This document shows, in pieces, positions 9,201 to 18,200 of a DNA stretch of 37,626 nt. Every line of letters begins with the position of its first letter. Position 1 is the stretch's first letter. Both the position numbers and the translations under genes were made by a program. This DNA is from a virus (lineage: Duplodnaviria; Caudoviricetes): the IMG/VR virus record IMGVR_UViG_3300012953_004257, positions 1 to 37,626 of that record, one strand, 5' to 3'. The notes beneath the pieces are model-generated. The model did not search any database. It worked only from the letters and a program-made list of their open reading frames with translations, and had not been told where the DNA came from.

Positions 9201-12200
9201 AACTTCAACGTTTCTAGAACGAATCCAAGGAATAGATGTGCTAGAAAGAACATTATCACCCTGAGATACCCTATCAATTCTAGGAATAACTTGAGTTCTA
9301 ACACCAGTTCTTAATTGTTCTTCAGTAGTAGAAATAGTTGTAGTTTCGTTAACACGACGCATACCACGACCACCCCAAGCATTTGGAAGAGGTGAAAGAC
9401 CTACATCTTCTTCTAACCAACCAGGATTTCTAGTAGTCTCAGAAGATATAGTTTCTTCACCAGTCCATGTAGTTTCCCATGCATTCCATTGTATAGGAGC
9501 AAAACCATTCTGGTCAACATTAAGTTCAGAAGAAACTTGTAAATAATCACCTTCAATTTGCTGAACTTGTGCAGGAAGTCTATTAGTATCCAACCAATCA
9601 TCAGAACCAGGTGTCATTGTAATACGGCCAATGTAAGTAAAGACGTTGAATGGGTTAATATTTTCAACACGAGAAGCATATGGTTGATTAACAATTGCCT
9701 CTTCACTATATGGTAATGTAATTAAAGGACCAGTTTGTCTAATATTAGTTGATAAAGTTGTATTAATAATTAATGGAACGTTAGTTGTATAGTGAGAAGG
9801 ACGTGCATACCCTTTTGAGAAGTCAAGTGATGCAGCAAAATCCTCATGACTAGTATCAGATTTACTATGATCACCAAAATCATCAACTATAAATCCATTT
9901 TTCAAACGATTCTTACCACTAGCATCAAGAATTTGAGTATTAAATGTATCTGACTCAAGCATATTGAGTGAAGTATAATATTCAACCTGATCTAATCTAC
10001 GTTCTAAACCACCGATGTCACGCATTGTATAGCGTTTGTTATCAGAACGTTTAATTACTACGTCACCAAGAGGATCAAAACCATATGGTTTATGACTGAT
10101 AGTTGCTAGATGCATAGCATCTCTAATATTATCAGGTTCTTGAGGTCTCTCACTAGATTTACCTTTAATAATTTGGAAATCACCCTCTGGAGTTACAAAT
10201 GCCTTATCAATTCTAGGAAGATACCAATCAAAATCACAACGGAAATTACTGTTTAATTTTGGAATATCAAACACAGTGGCGTTAGGTGTACCTGCTACAT
10301 TGAATACTCTTGACTTAAAGTCAAATGTAGAACAGTTAACATATGCAGGAGATGCTACCGTACCTGTTCCACTATACAAGTTTCTAACACCTGGTCTAAA
10401 GTCTAAGTAATCTGCAAGATACTTGAATTTAAAGAAAGGAATATCAGCATATGCTGTATCAAGATATGATTGTCCACCAAAATAATCACCAGTTGCAGAA
10501 TGACTATAGTAATCAATAATAATTTTTAATTTTCTTATTGGAGCAGCAACACCTTTTTTACGAACAATTTTTGCAATATCATATAGGAAACCTGTTTGAT
10601 TTGGTTCCATGAAATAATTTTCAGTAACAACCTTAGAACCAACAACAACAGATCCTATACTATCATTAATAATTGCACTAATTGCAGTATTATTACTATC
10701 AAAACCATCAAGAGTTTCACCTGCTTGTAGTTGACCAGATAGATAAACAACATTAAGTTGTAAAGTTCCTGAAGAGAACGCAACAACTTTTGCTCTTGCT
10801 TTAGAAGTTCTACCAGTTACGATGGTTCCTGTAGCAAAGAAAGTAGGTTCAACTAAAGTTACAGATGGAATGACGGGATCATTATCATCATTAGATTCGT
10901 ATACAGCATGAAGACGATAGCAATCAACTAAACCAAGAGATAAATCTTTGTCTTGAATTCTTGTTCCGTAAAGATTTGAATATGTTAAATTATAATTTTG
11001 TTTATCAAGATCTTTAATTGTTTTGTTAACTTTAAGAACAAACATCTGATTACCAGATTTTGTTTTTCTTTGAGTTACGTTCTTAGAAATTGTTGCTGTT
11101 ACTTTGATAGAAGTAATACTTGTTAAGTTAGCAATCTGTAATGTTGTTCTATCTGAAGAAGTGAACGTAGTATAACCAATGGCACCACTAGCAGTGGTAT
11201 TGATTGTAATTTGATCACCTACAGGATGAGTGGAATTACTTCCTGCAAGAACTGTAAACGTATAGTTTTCATCACTAATAGATTGGAACTGTTCATTTTC
11301 AGGTAAGGTAATTGATATAGAGTTAGAAGCAACAGTTTGAGCATCAAATGTTCTTCTGACAACCATAGATTCATCAGAGATACTCTTAACGTACTTCTTA
11401 GGCATATCACTAAGAAGATCAGCGTTATTAACACCAAATAATTTAGATCTAAATCTTAATAGTGTATTATATGAACCTGCTGAAGGAGGAGTTGATCCAG
11501 CTGTTACATTTACAAGTTGTCTTCCATAATTAAAAATATTTGACATATTAGTAGTTGCTATTGCTGTCTGAGTAACAGAATCAACAGTAACAAACTGACT
11601 AGAATTAAAGTATACTATATCACCAGGTCTTAAATCTAAAGCAAAGTTTGATTGTAAACCTTCAATAGATACGCCAACTGTAGCAACATCAAATGTAAGT
11701 GAAGCACCAGCTCCACCAATTTGTGCATTAGTAACAGTAAATGTTTCGTTTACAACGTATCCAAAACCACCTTTAACAATATTAACTGTTGCAGCACCAG
11801 ATCCATCAATTACGATAGAGAATGTTGCTCCCGTTCCAGTTCCGTCAGTGGTGTATGTAGATACAGCGTATGTTCCTGCCACTCTAGCTCCATCAGCAGC
11901 ACTGATAGTATCTACAGTTGCAACATTACCTGCACTAGTGCTGTATGTAAACTCAGCACCTTCAACTTCTGCAATATCTTCTAAGATTGCATCAGCAGTA
12001 AATTCAACAGCACTTGTGCTTTCATCTCTAGAAACATATTGACGTGTATCAGAATATTCATAAGCATGCATCGCAGCAATAGTTTCAACGCTTTGACCAT
12101 CAACAGTAATCATCTCACCTTCTACGAAGTTACCTTCTATTTGGTATACAATGAGAGTATCATCAGCAGAAATAGCATTAACTAAATGTGCTCTTGCATT

Positions 12201-13685
12201 GGAAGTTACACCGACAACTAAAGAACCTGCTGCAATAGTTTGAGCAGTTGTTAATTCTAAGACTGTAAACATTTGAACATCAAAAACGCTCAATTTATAT
12301 TGATCGTCTGCACTTCCAAAAACATTATCTGGATCTCCAGTATGTTCTAAAGATGAAACGCGAGCAAAACCAATAATAGCACCCGCAGCAGTTCCAGGAC
12401 TTGATGTTAAAGTATCTCTTAATTCTACAGTTTGATATGCATTAGTAATTGTAGAACCTGCAACATTAGGGAATCCAAAAACGTTTTTTACATTGGTAAA
12501 GTTACCCATTTCAAATGGGACAATAACATTTTGTGCAGCTTTAGTTTCACGAGGTTTATCTAGATCGACATATGCAGGTGCTAATCTCTTAATTCTATAT
12601 CCTTTAACGTACGCTACACCTGATCCAAATTCAACAGAATATTTTGCTTCTGAAGCAGTAGCACCAGATGAAGTTGTAGTACCTACAGCATATACACCAT
12701 TGTTGAAACCATCATCAAGGTTTTGTCTAACAGTAACTTCAAAGTCTTTAACAACATAGTTACCAGACTCTTCAAAAGTTCTAAGTGCAATACTCTTTTC
12801 TAATTCATCATATGCACTTCTATCTACAAGTTTCTCTACCTTTGATGCATTAATACGAAGAAGTTCGATAAAGTTTTTATCAGCATCATCAGTAAGAAGT
12901 TTCTTAATTAAATTTGTTGTGATTCTAAATCTATGAGAACCAGGAGCAGCATAGTTAGATGTTCCTGCAGCATTATCGTTGAGACTAAGGTCGTCTTCTG
13001 GGGTAACAATTGATTCTTGAATATCAAGTCCGATACGATAGGAGGGGTTGCTTCCATACTGATCTAAAAGAATATACTGATATGGGACATCGACGAAGAA
13101 TCCCCTAATGAAATATACACCTGTTTGAACATAAGCAACAGAACCTGTTTGAAGAGCACCAGTAGGAAGTAGTTGTGCAAAAGGAGAACCAACCTCAATC
13201 AAAGTGGTTCCAAAAGTAATTTCAGTATCTGTAATTAATTGTTCGTTTACTGAGAAAGTTGCTTGAGTGCTGTTAGTTCCACCAGACTCAATATACTTGA
13301 CATATAGAGTAATATAACCTTTATCTGAAACAGTCGAAGAAATACTATAAAGAACTTTTGCCTTAACACCTGTAGTAAGACCAGTAATAATTTTATCAGT
13401 TAATTGAGATCTATAAAGTTCAACATCAGCACCTAAGAAAGATTCTTGGAGCATAATACAATCGACATTCAGGTCATAACCAATTTGACCTGGTATAACC
13501 ATTGAACCATCTTTAAACAAGTGGGCACCAACATTCTCCACCTGATTCTGCATGATGCTTTGCATCGTGGTAAGTTCCCTTGCTTGAATAGGGAATCCAG
13601 GACGAAACAATACTCGATAGAAGTTTTTACTCGTATCGAAGTCGTCGTAATAAGGTGTGACGTTTAGATTGGTATTTTGTGCCAT
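6228..13685 (-). CDS. vrlC: VrlC-like / DUF4815 large virion structural protein (2485 aa)
   Basis: N-terminus MAQNTNLNVTPYYDDFDTSKNFYRVLFRPGFPIQARELTTMQSIMQNQ, plus AAPGSHR, RTFEESGNY, KRYTMRDIGGLERR, DPLAQSF and W-T-ADQ-EDLKF motifs and C-terminal P-IKDLRAIALA, all characteristic of the DUF4815/VrlC family. Lies directly after gp8. Confidence 0.9.
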   Translation of the reverse strand: MAQNTNLNVTPYYDDFDTSKNFYRVLFRPGFPIQARELTTMQSIMQNQVENVGAHLFKDGSMVIPGQIGYDLNVDCIMLQESFLGADVELYRSQLTDKIITGLTTGVKAKVLYSISSTVSDKGYITLYVKYIESGGTNSTQATFSVNEQLITDTEITFGTTLIEVGSPFAQLLPTGALQTGSVAYVQTGVYFIRGFFVDVPYQYILLDQYGSNPSYRIGLDIQESIVTPEDDLSLNDNAAGTSNYAAPGSHRFRITTNLIKKLLTDDADKNFIELLRINASKVEKLVDRSAYDELEKSIALRTFEESGNYVVKDFEVTVRQNLDDGFNNGVYAVGTTTSSGATASEAKYSVEFGSGVAYVKGYRIKRLAPAYVDLDKPRETKAAQNVIVPFEMGNFTNVKNVFGFPNVAGSTITNAYQTVELRDTLTSSPGTAAGAIIGFARVSSLEHTGDPDNVFGSADDQYKLSVFDVQMFTVLELTTAQTIAAGSLVVGVTSNARAHLVNAISADDTLIVYQIEGNFVEGEMITVDGQSVETIAAMHAYEYSDTRQYVSRDESTSAVEFTADAILEDIAEVEGAEFTYSTSAGNVATVDTISAADGARVAGTYAVSTYTTDGTGTGATFSIVIDGSGAATVNIVKGGFGYVVNETFTVTNAQIGGAGASLTFDVATVGVSIEGLQSNFALDLRPGDIVYFNSSQFVTVDSVTQTAIATTNMSNIFNYGRQLVNVTAGSTPPSAGSYNTLLRFRSKLFGVNNADLLSDMPKKYVKSISDESMVVRRTFDAQTVASNSISITLPENEQFQSISDENYTFTVLAGSNSTHPVGDQITINTTASGAIGYTTFTSSDRTTLQIANLTSITSIKVTATISKNVTQRKTKSGNQMFVLKVNKTIKDLDKQNYNLTYSNLYGTRIQDKDLSLGLVDCYRLHAVYESNDDNDPVIPSVTLVEPTFFATGTIVTGRTSKARAKVVAFSSGTLQLNVVYLSGQLQAGETLDGFDSNNTAISAIINDSIGSVVVGSKVVTENYFMEPNQTGFLYDIAKIVRKKGVAAPIRKLKIIIDYYSHSATGDYFGGQSYLDTAYADIPFFKFKYLADYLDFRPGVRNLYSGTGTVASPAYVNCSTFDFKSRVFNVAGTPNATVFDIPKLNSNFRCDFDWYLPRIDKAFVTPEGDFQIIKGKSSERPQEPDNIRDAMHLATISHKPYGFDPLGDVVIKRSDNKRYTMRDIGGLERRLDQVEYYTSLNMLESDTFNTQILDASGKNRLKNGFIVDDFGDHSKSDTSHEDFAASLDFSKGYARPSHYTTNVPLIINTTLSTNIRQTGPLITLPYSEEAIVNQPYASRVENINPFNVFTYIGRITMTPGSDDWLDTNRLPAQVQQIEGDYLQVSSELNVDQNGFAPIQWNAWETTWTGEETISSETTRNPGWLEEDVGLSPLPNAWGGRGMRRVNETTTISTTEEQLRTGVRTQVIPRIDRVSQGDNVLSSTSIPWIRSRNVEVDVARLKPRTRFYSFFDGKATIEYQIPKIIEIIKDPTVDSRTNSTPFVIGETVTGETSGCKFKVAAPDDFFKFNPYDDTALPTSYASTTAFLNIDTGELSKQAIGDFYGNMQVQEVLVGTSGARAVVKDRRLISDRFGKMKASFFIPNPGNDTNPRWATGTRTLRLSTSDTDSRLAGAVASSAQAQYEARGTLNTVQENILAIRNAEMVMDTQTQEQTITTTRTETRQVGWYDPLAQSFIVDETGGRFITSVDVYFFKKDTNIPVSMQIRTMENGYPTTTILPFSDVTLEPDSVQLSESAAVATRFTFDAPVFIPQSQEHCFVLLSDSNSYQIWISRMGEIDITGDRTISEQPYAGVLFKSQNASTWTADQYEDLKFIINAASFDNTGQTKLVLNNAALGRGNGGKLTLRPDAIQTFQPELVLTLNSTTLPYTVGSRIYQKTTLAEGTITARTVISGGVQLTINDISGSWAAGSNTGGTIANRIVSSKTLATMVVTGASGDFTVGETITGNSSTAPTAEVVTWTTGTNTLTLKYVSSAFTPSSETITGGTSTKTATVSSITYSGDAVESAAIAASYPTGTPTYSTSQRKIRVYHSNHCMHSASNNVIIEGAVSEVSDTALTASISASDTSVAVGDATAFHKLINGSAIGTSNVGYIKINNEIMSYSAISSDNKTITVKDRGLDGTSAVSHADESVVNCYNLDGIPLTEINKTHAGLGTTTLDYYEISTTSIGRLGILGGGRGIIATQNIQYSTLVPQIQRMLLPKTDITARINTITGTSINDSNTLSQASFSNDGVFSDIILGISNDLTTPQLVCSAINESSELSGSKSFRMDLTMTSEKTTISPVIDTDRLSATLVSNRVNSPADPNTAKLAVGDGHDAVYITRVATLTNPSGSIKLYFAGYRPPNSEIKVLYRVRPVGSSVPIEQLGFDFFPTTGAKIPATSEREIYKSYEYEVSGLSFDQYQIKVVFVSPNQALVPIIKDLRAIALAV

Positions 13686-15217
13686 TAGAATTCGATTACG
13701 ATTTTGATGTCTTCTACTTGGTCGTTAGCACGACTGATTGCTCGTCTATTATCTATATAAACAACCTGACCGCTATTTGACGCTAATTCTGGTTTAGAAT
13801 AACCATTATTAAACTTCATACCCAAATCATACTCAGTGTTGTTGATTGTTCTAGAAGAAGAATTGGGGACAGCAGGGAAATTAACATCTGGTTGACCAGC
13901 TGCACCAGAAGTTGCACCATTGATGACGTTAGATCCATCAAATTCATTTTGAGTTCCTGTAACTTCTGGGAAGATACCATCAACTGAGTTCTGATAATAT
14001 TTCAAAACTTTAGTTGTAGCATTCCAAGAAATGACACGACCACGAGCAGTAACGTTGGTTCCACCAACAACTCGTGTTTGAGTAATAATTTCATCAGGAA
14101 CGTAGTTACCTTGGAATGTAGGAGAGAAGATTGCTGCTTTTGTAGCAGATATCGTCAAATCAGAAATTAATTCAGAGGTTCCATACTTTAGAGGATTAGT
14201 AACAAGACCGATACGACGATAGTCGTTATCGATTGGGAAGTCACCTGCACCTTCATCGTATGAAAGTTTAGCGTTGATCATAACACGGAAAGCACCCAGT
14301 TCAACAACTGCGTCTGAACCATGACCGCCTGGAGGGGGAATGATAACATCAACTTGTCCACCAGTTCCTGTACCAATACCAGTAATATTATCAACACTCA
14401 CTTTACCAAATGTATATCCTGTTCCACCTGATGTAACAGTAGCAGAAATAATTTTACCACCATCTACAACGATAGATACACGACCACCTGTTCCATCACC
14501 GTTAATAGCAACGTTATCATAGGTTCCGTTGTTATAACCAGAGCCAGCAGAATTAATAACAACTGTATCAATTTCACCTGCAACTGCATTTGTCTTTACC
14601 GATGTGTTGGTGAAGACAGGCATGTAATCATTTGAGAAGAATTTAAGAACCGATGCTACGGGGATGGTATACATGTATTTCCAACGATAACCATCACCAG
14701 TAGTGATAATTGAAGTAGAAGTACCTGTAGGTTCCACTGTAGAAGGTTTTCCATTTGGGTCTGAGGGTGAAGTTCCGTTATAGATGACCTTATAACATTG
14801 ATATTGTGAATTCACAACATAAAAGTCTGAGTCATATAGTTTTGTAGCACCTGAAGCAGCAGTCTTAGTAGGAGAATAATCATGACGATACATGTCATAA
14901 GTAAATCCTAATCCACCAGTAGTTTGTTCTGGGGAAACCCAGTCAATTCTACGAACGACCTGAATCGTATCAGAAGCGAGGACTCTCTTCATCGATATCA
15001 TATCATCGTACGATCCAGAAAACTCTGAGAATGAGTCTACTGCCTGTGGGGGCGAGTTCTCATTATCCCAAGTTTGGGGTCTACCAATGAAAAGATATAA
15101 ACGGTCACGGGAAGTTCCCGCTGCATCGTCACTCTGAGTTGCGTCAGGACCTTCCAGTGCTTTTATAAATTTCTTTGCAGAAAATATTCTAAATTGATCT
15201 GTTAATAGGGCTGCCAT
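13685..15217 (-). CDS. gp8: Baseplate wedge subunit, T4 gp8 homologue (510 aa)
   Basis: LYLFIGRPQTWDNENSPP, VVRRIDW, GDGYRWKYMYTIP and C-terminal SGQVVYIDNRRAISRANDQVEDIKIVIEF are gp8 family motifs. Synteny with the gp7-like gene and vrlC. Confidence 0.93.
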   Translation of the reverse strand: MAALLTDQFRIFSAKKFIKALEGPDATQSDDAAGTSRDRLYLFIGRPQTWDNENSPPQAVDSFSEFSGSYDDMISMKRVLASDTIQVVRRIDWVSPEQTTGGLGFTYDMYRHDYSPTKTAASGATKLYDSDFYVVNSQYQCYKVIYNGTSPSDPNGKPSTVEPTGTSTSIITTGDGYRWKYMYTIPVASVLKFFSNDYMPVFTNTSVKTNAVAGEIDTVVINSAGSGYNNGTYDNVAINGDGTGGRVSIVVDGGKIISATVTSGGTGYTFGKVSVDNITGIGTGTGGQVDVIIPPPGGHGSDAVVELGAFRVMINAKLSYDEGAGDFPIDNDYRRIGLVTNPLKYGTSELISDLTISATKAAIFSPTFQGNYVPDEIITQTRVVGGTNVTARGRVISWNATTKVLKYYQNSVDGIFPEVTGTQNEFDGSNVINGATSGAAGQPDVNFPAVPNSSSRTINNTEYDLGMKFNNGYSKPELASNSGQVVYIDNRRAISRANDQVEDIKIVIEF

Positions 15218-15241
15218 TTGCGGATACTATTGTCCTCCTTT

Positions 15242-15249
15242 TATTTATG
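15242..15249 (-). promoter_or_regulatory. T4-type late promoter (CATAAATA) upstream of gp8, followed by an SD-like AGGAGGA at 15233-15239
   Basis: Plus strand tatttatg at 15242-15249 in the 35-nt intergenic gap. Confidence 0.75.
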
Positions 15250-15252
15250 GGG

Positions 15253-18200
15253 TTACGAGCGAACAGTTGCTTGATGATCAATACTTTTGATCCTATATCT
15301 TGCTCCACCGTTCCCTACGAGGTCCTCACCTCCCAAGATTGCTTGCGCTGATGCGTTCGCACCTGTAGTATCACCAGTAGCATTCGTAAATGTTATGGTT
15401 GGATGTAAGGCATAAGTGCCATCTACAGTTTGTGGAATACCATATCCACCATTATTGATAGTAATAGATGCAACTTGATCTCCTGCAGCAGTAAGAACTG
15501 CGGTTCCAGTTGCTTGTATATCACCAGTATTTTCAAATGCTACTGTTGGTGCAGCAGTATAGTTGGTGCCAGGATTTTGCACAAGAACATCAACTACAGT
15601 GCTATCATGAGAAAACTCATAAAGATATCCTGCAATACCAACTGCAATGTTTCCAGTGTTAAATGGAACAATACTACCAACAACAAGAGTTGACGTATTA
15701 GGATCCCAAGAAACAACAGTTCCTATCACACCAGAAGTTGCACCTGTAACAACTTCATTAACACTATAGTTTTGACCATTACCATTAGTAGCATCGACTG
15801 TAATACTTAAAAGTGCAGTATGTTCAACACCATCACTCAAAGCACCAGCTGTAAGAATTGTTGCATACTTGAACGGTATGCTACCATCTTTTACATTATC
15901 ACCAACTTGGAATAATGTAGTATTAGTTCCACCTTGAGTTTCTTCAATACCATATAAAGAATTATAGATACCACCATCAAGACTAATTTGATTTGCGTAA
16001 TCAGTTCCTGTGTTATCTAGGTCAGCAATACCATCACCTGCTGCTGTTGGCAAAATATCCTGAAAAGATCTATCTGCCAAAGTAGAAACAGGTTCTGTTA
16101 GTAAAAAGATAGAAGATCCAGTAGTTGTAAGAACAGTATGAGGTAGGAATCCAGATGGTGCACTAGAAGCAACACCACCATCAAACTGTACGATTGCATC
16201 TTCAGTAGAAGGAATACCACCGTCAATGAATGCTAATTCATCAACTTCAAATGTAACTAGAAGTTCTCTACTTATAGGATTCCAATCATATACTTTTGCA
16301 ACTTTGTTATTTGCATTCTCAACCTTACGAATAACTCTGTCACCAACATTAAATGCATAGGTTGAAACACCACTTGAATCATTCTGGCCAGCGTCAAGAA
16401 TAACACGCTGATCATAATTGAAATTTACACCTCTTGTTAAACCACCAAACTTACCTGCAGCTTTTGAAGTATATGTGATAGTTTCATAATTAAGAAGAAT
16501 TTGACCAGAACCAGGAAAAGCATCTGTAGAACTTACATATATTTCAGAATCTGATGCAGTAACATTCTTAACAAGACCAGTTAAATAAAGATTTGATGAA
16601 TTAAATGCTTGACGTGCTCTAGACTTTCTCTTAAGTGTTACTAATTTTGTAAATATAATATTAGGGACTGATGTATATCCACTACCAGGATCTGTAATAT
16701 TGATTGCTGTTATAACACCTTGAGCAATCGTTGCTTCTGCCTTGGCACCAATACCTCCACCACCTGTAATTAAAATATAAGGAGGTTCTTGATAGAATTC
16801 ACCAGAGTTTGTAACTGCAATAGATGTAACTTTACCTAGAGTATCAATTTCAGCAGCACCTTGTGCACCTTGTCCACCACCACCTTCAAAAATAAGTGTT
16901 GGAGGAGTAGCATAACTTCTACCACCACCTAGTAACGCTAAACCAGTGACAGTCTGCACAGTAGGAGTTCCTAATGCACCAGTTCCTTGACCACCAAGAA
17001 TTTTTGCTTTTGCAGGTCCGAAGAAATTATCTCCCTTCTTCGTCATCTTAATATATGAAACACTACCATCGGATGCAAGAACTACATCACCTTCTGCCTC
17101 TGTTGGAAATACAGTTGGTTGTGCAGGTGCTGTTGCTCCTTCAAACAATGGTGTACCATACATTTTAGGACCAATGGCATATGGATATACAGGATTACCA
17201 CTGCTATCTTCAGTCATAAAGTATGCATAAGTTCCGTTAGGATACTCTGGTGTTACAGCAAACTTACCGTTAAATTCATCAAGAGTTCCTACAGTAGAAT
17301 CGTAAATATAATCTTCAACTAAATCTCCTAAAACATATCCTTCTTGAACAGTTCTAATACCATGACCTGCAGTTGTATACGCAAACAAATATAACGCACT
17401 AGGTGCGTTTACTGGAACCGTGAATCTTATTTCACGAGATGATGCTAAATTGAATCCAGAAAGATATGATTGATAGGTTACTTCGGAACCGTCAATATAA
17501 TATTTAATTCCATTGCCAGAATACAAATTTGCAGTATTCCCAATGATAACAGGATTTTGCCCATGCCATCCATCGCTTGTAGTAGAGATTAGTAAGTGTT
17601 GACTGTCATTAGATGCGTCATTTTGATTGAAAACGTACGTTTTACCGCGATCTAATTCTAAGAAAGATGGACGAGAACCCCCGAATAGGAACTGTCCATT
17701 AGAAATTGTAACTGTATATGTAACAGTAGATACTGTATTTACCTGGGGACGAGCACCTGCTAATTCAGCAGTTGTTCTAAGTCTATATGATGATGTCTCT
17801 CTTGCTACAGCACCACTAGAATTATATCCCCAAGGTCCGTAAATAGGATAACCATCAAAAGAAACACCAAGAATTTGTGAATGTCCATCAGTATATCTTG
17901 AACGATCAATTGTATTTGGATCATTACTATCAGATTGATAAAAATCTGCAACGTAATAATTGTTAGTAGGTGTATATGTTTCTGATGTAGTATTTAATGA
18001 AATATATCCTTCATCACCTGTATAACCTGCCATATGTGTATGGTAGGCACAATGGAAATAAATGTTAGCTGTCTCATCACTGTTCATTAAGAACAATGGA
18101 GCAAATATTGATTCATAATCTGCTGAAGGTGCTTGAGATACACCAGTGCTATTATAATACAAAGCGCCAGGACTTTGATTTAAAGGACCATCAGGAGTCG

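Noticed and set aside
6228-13685. vrlC as evidence of a virulence island
   Set aside because: The name is historical. In this context (next to gp8 under late promoters) it is a phage structural gene.
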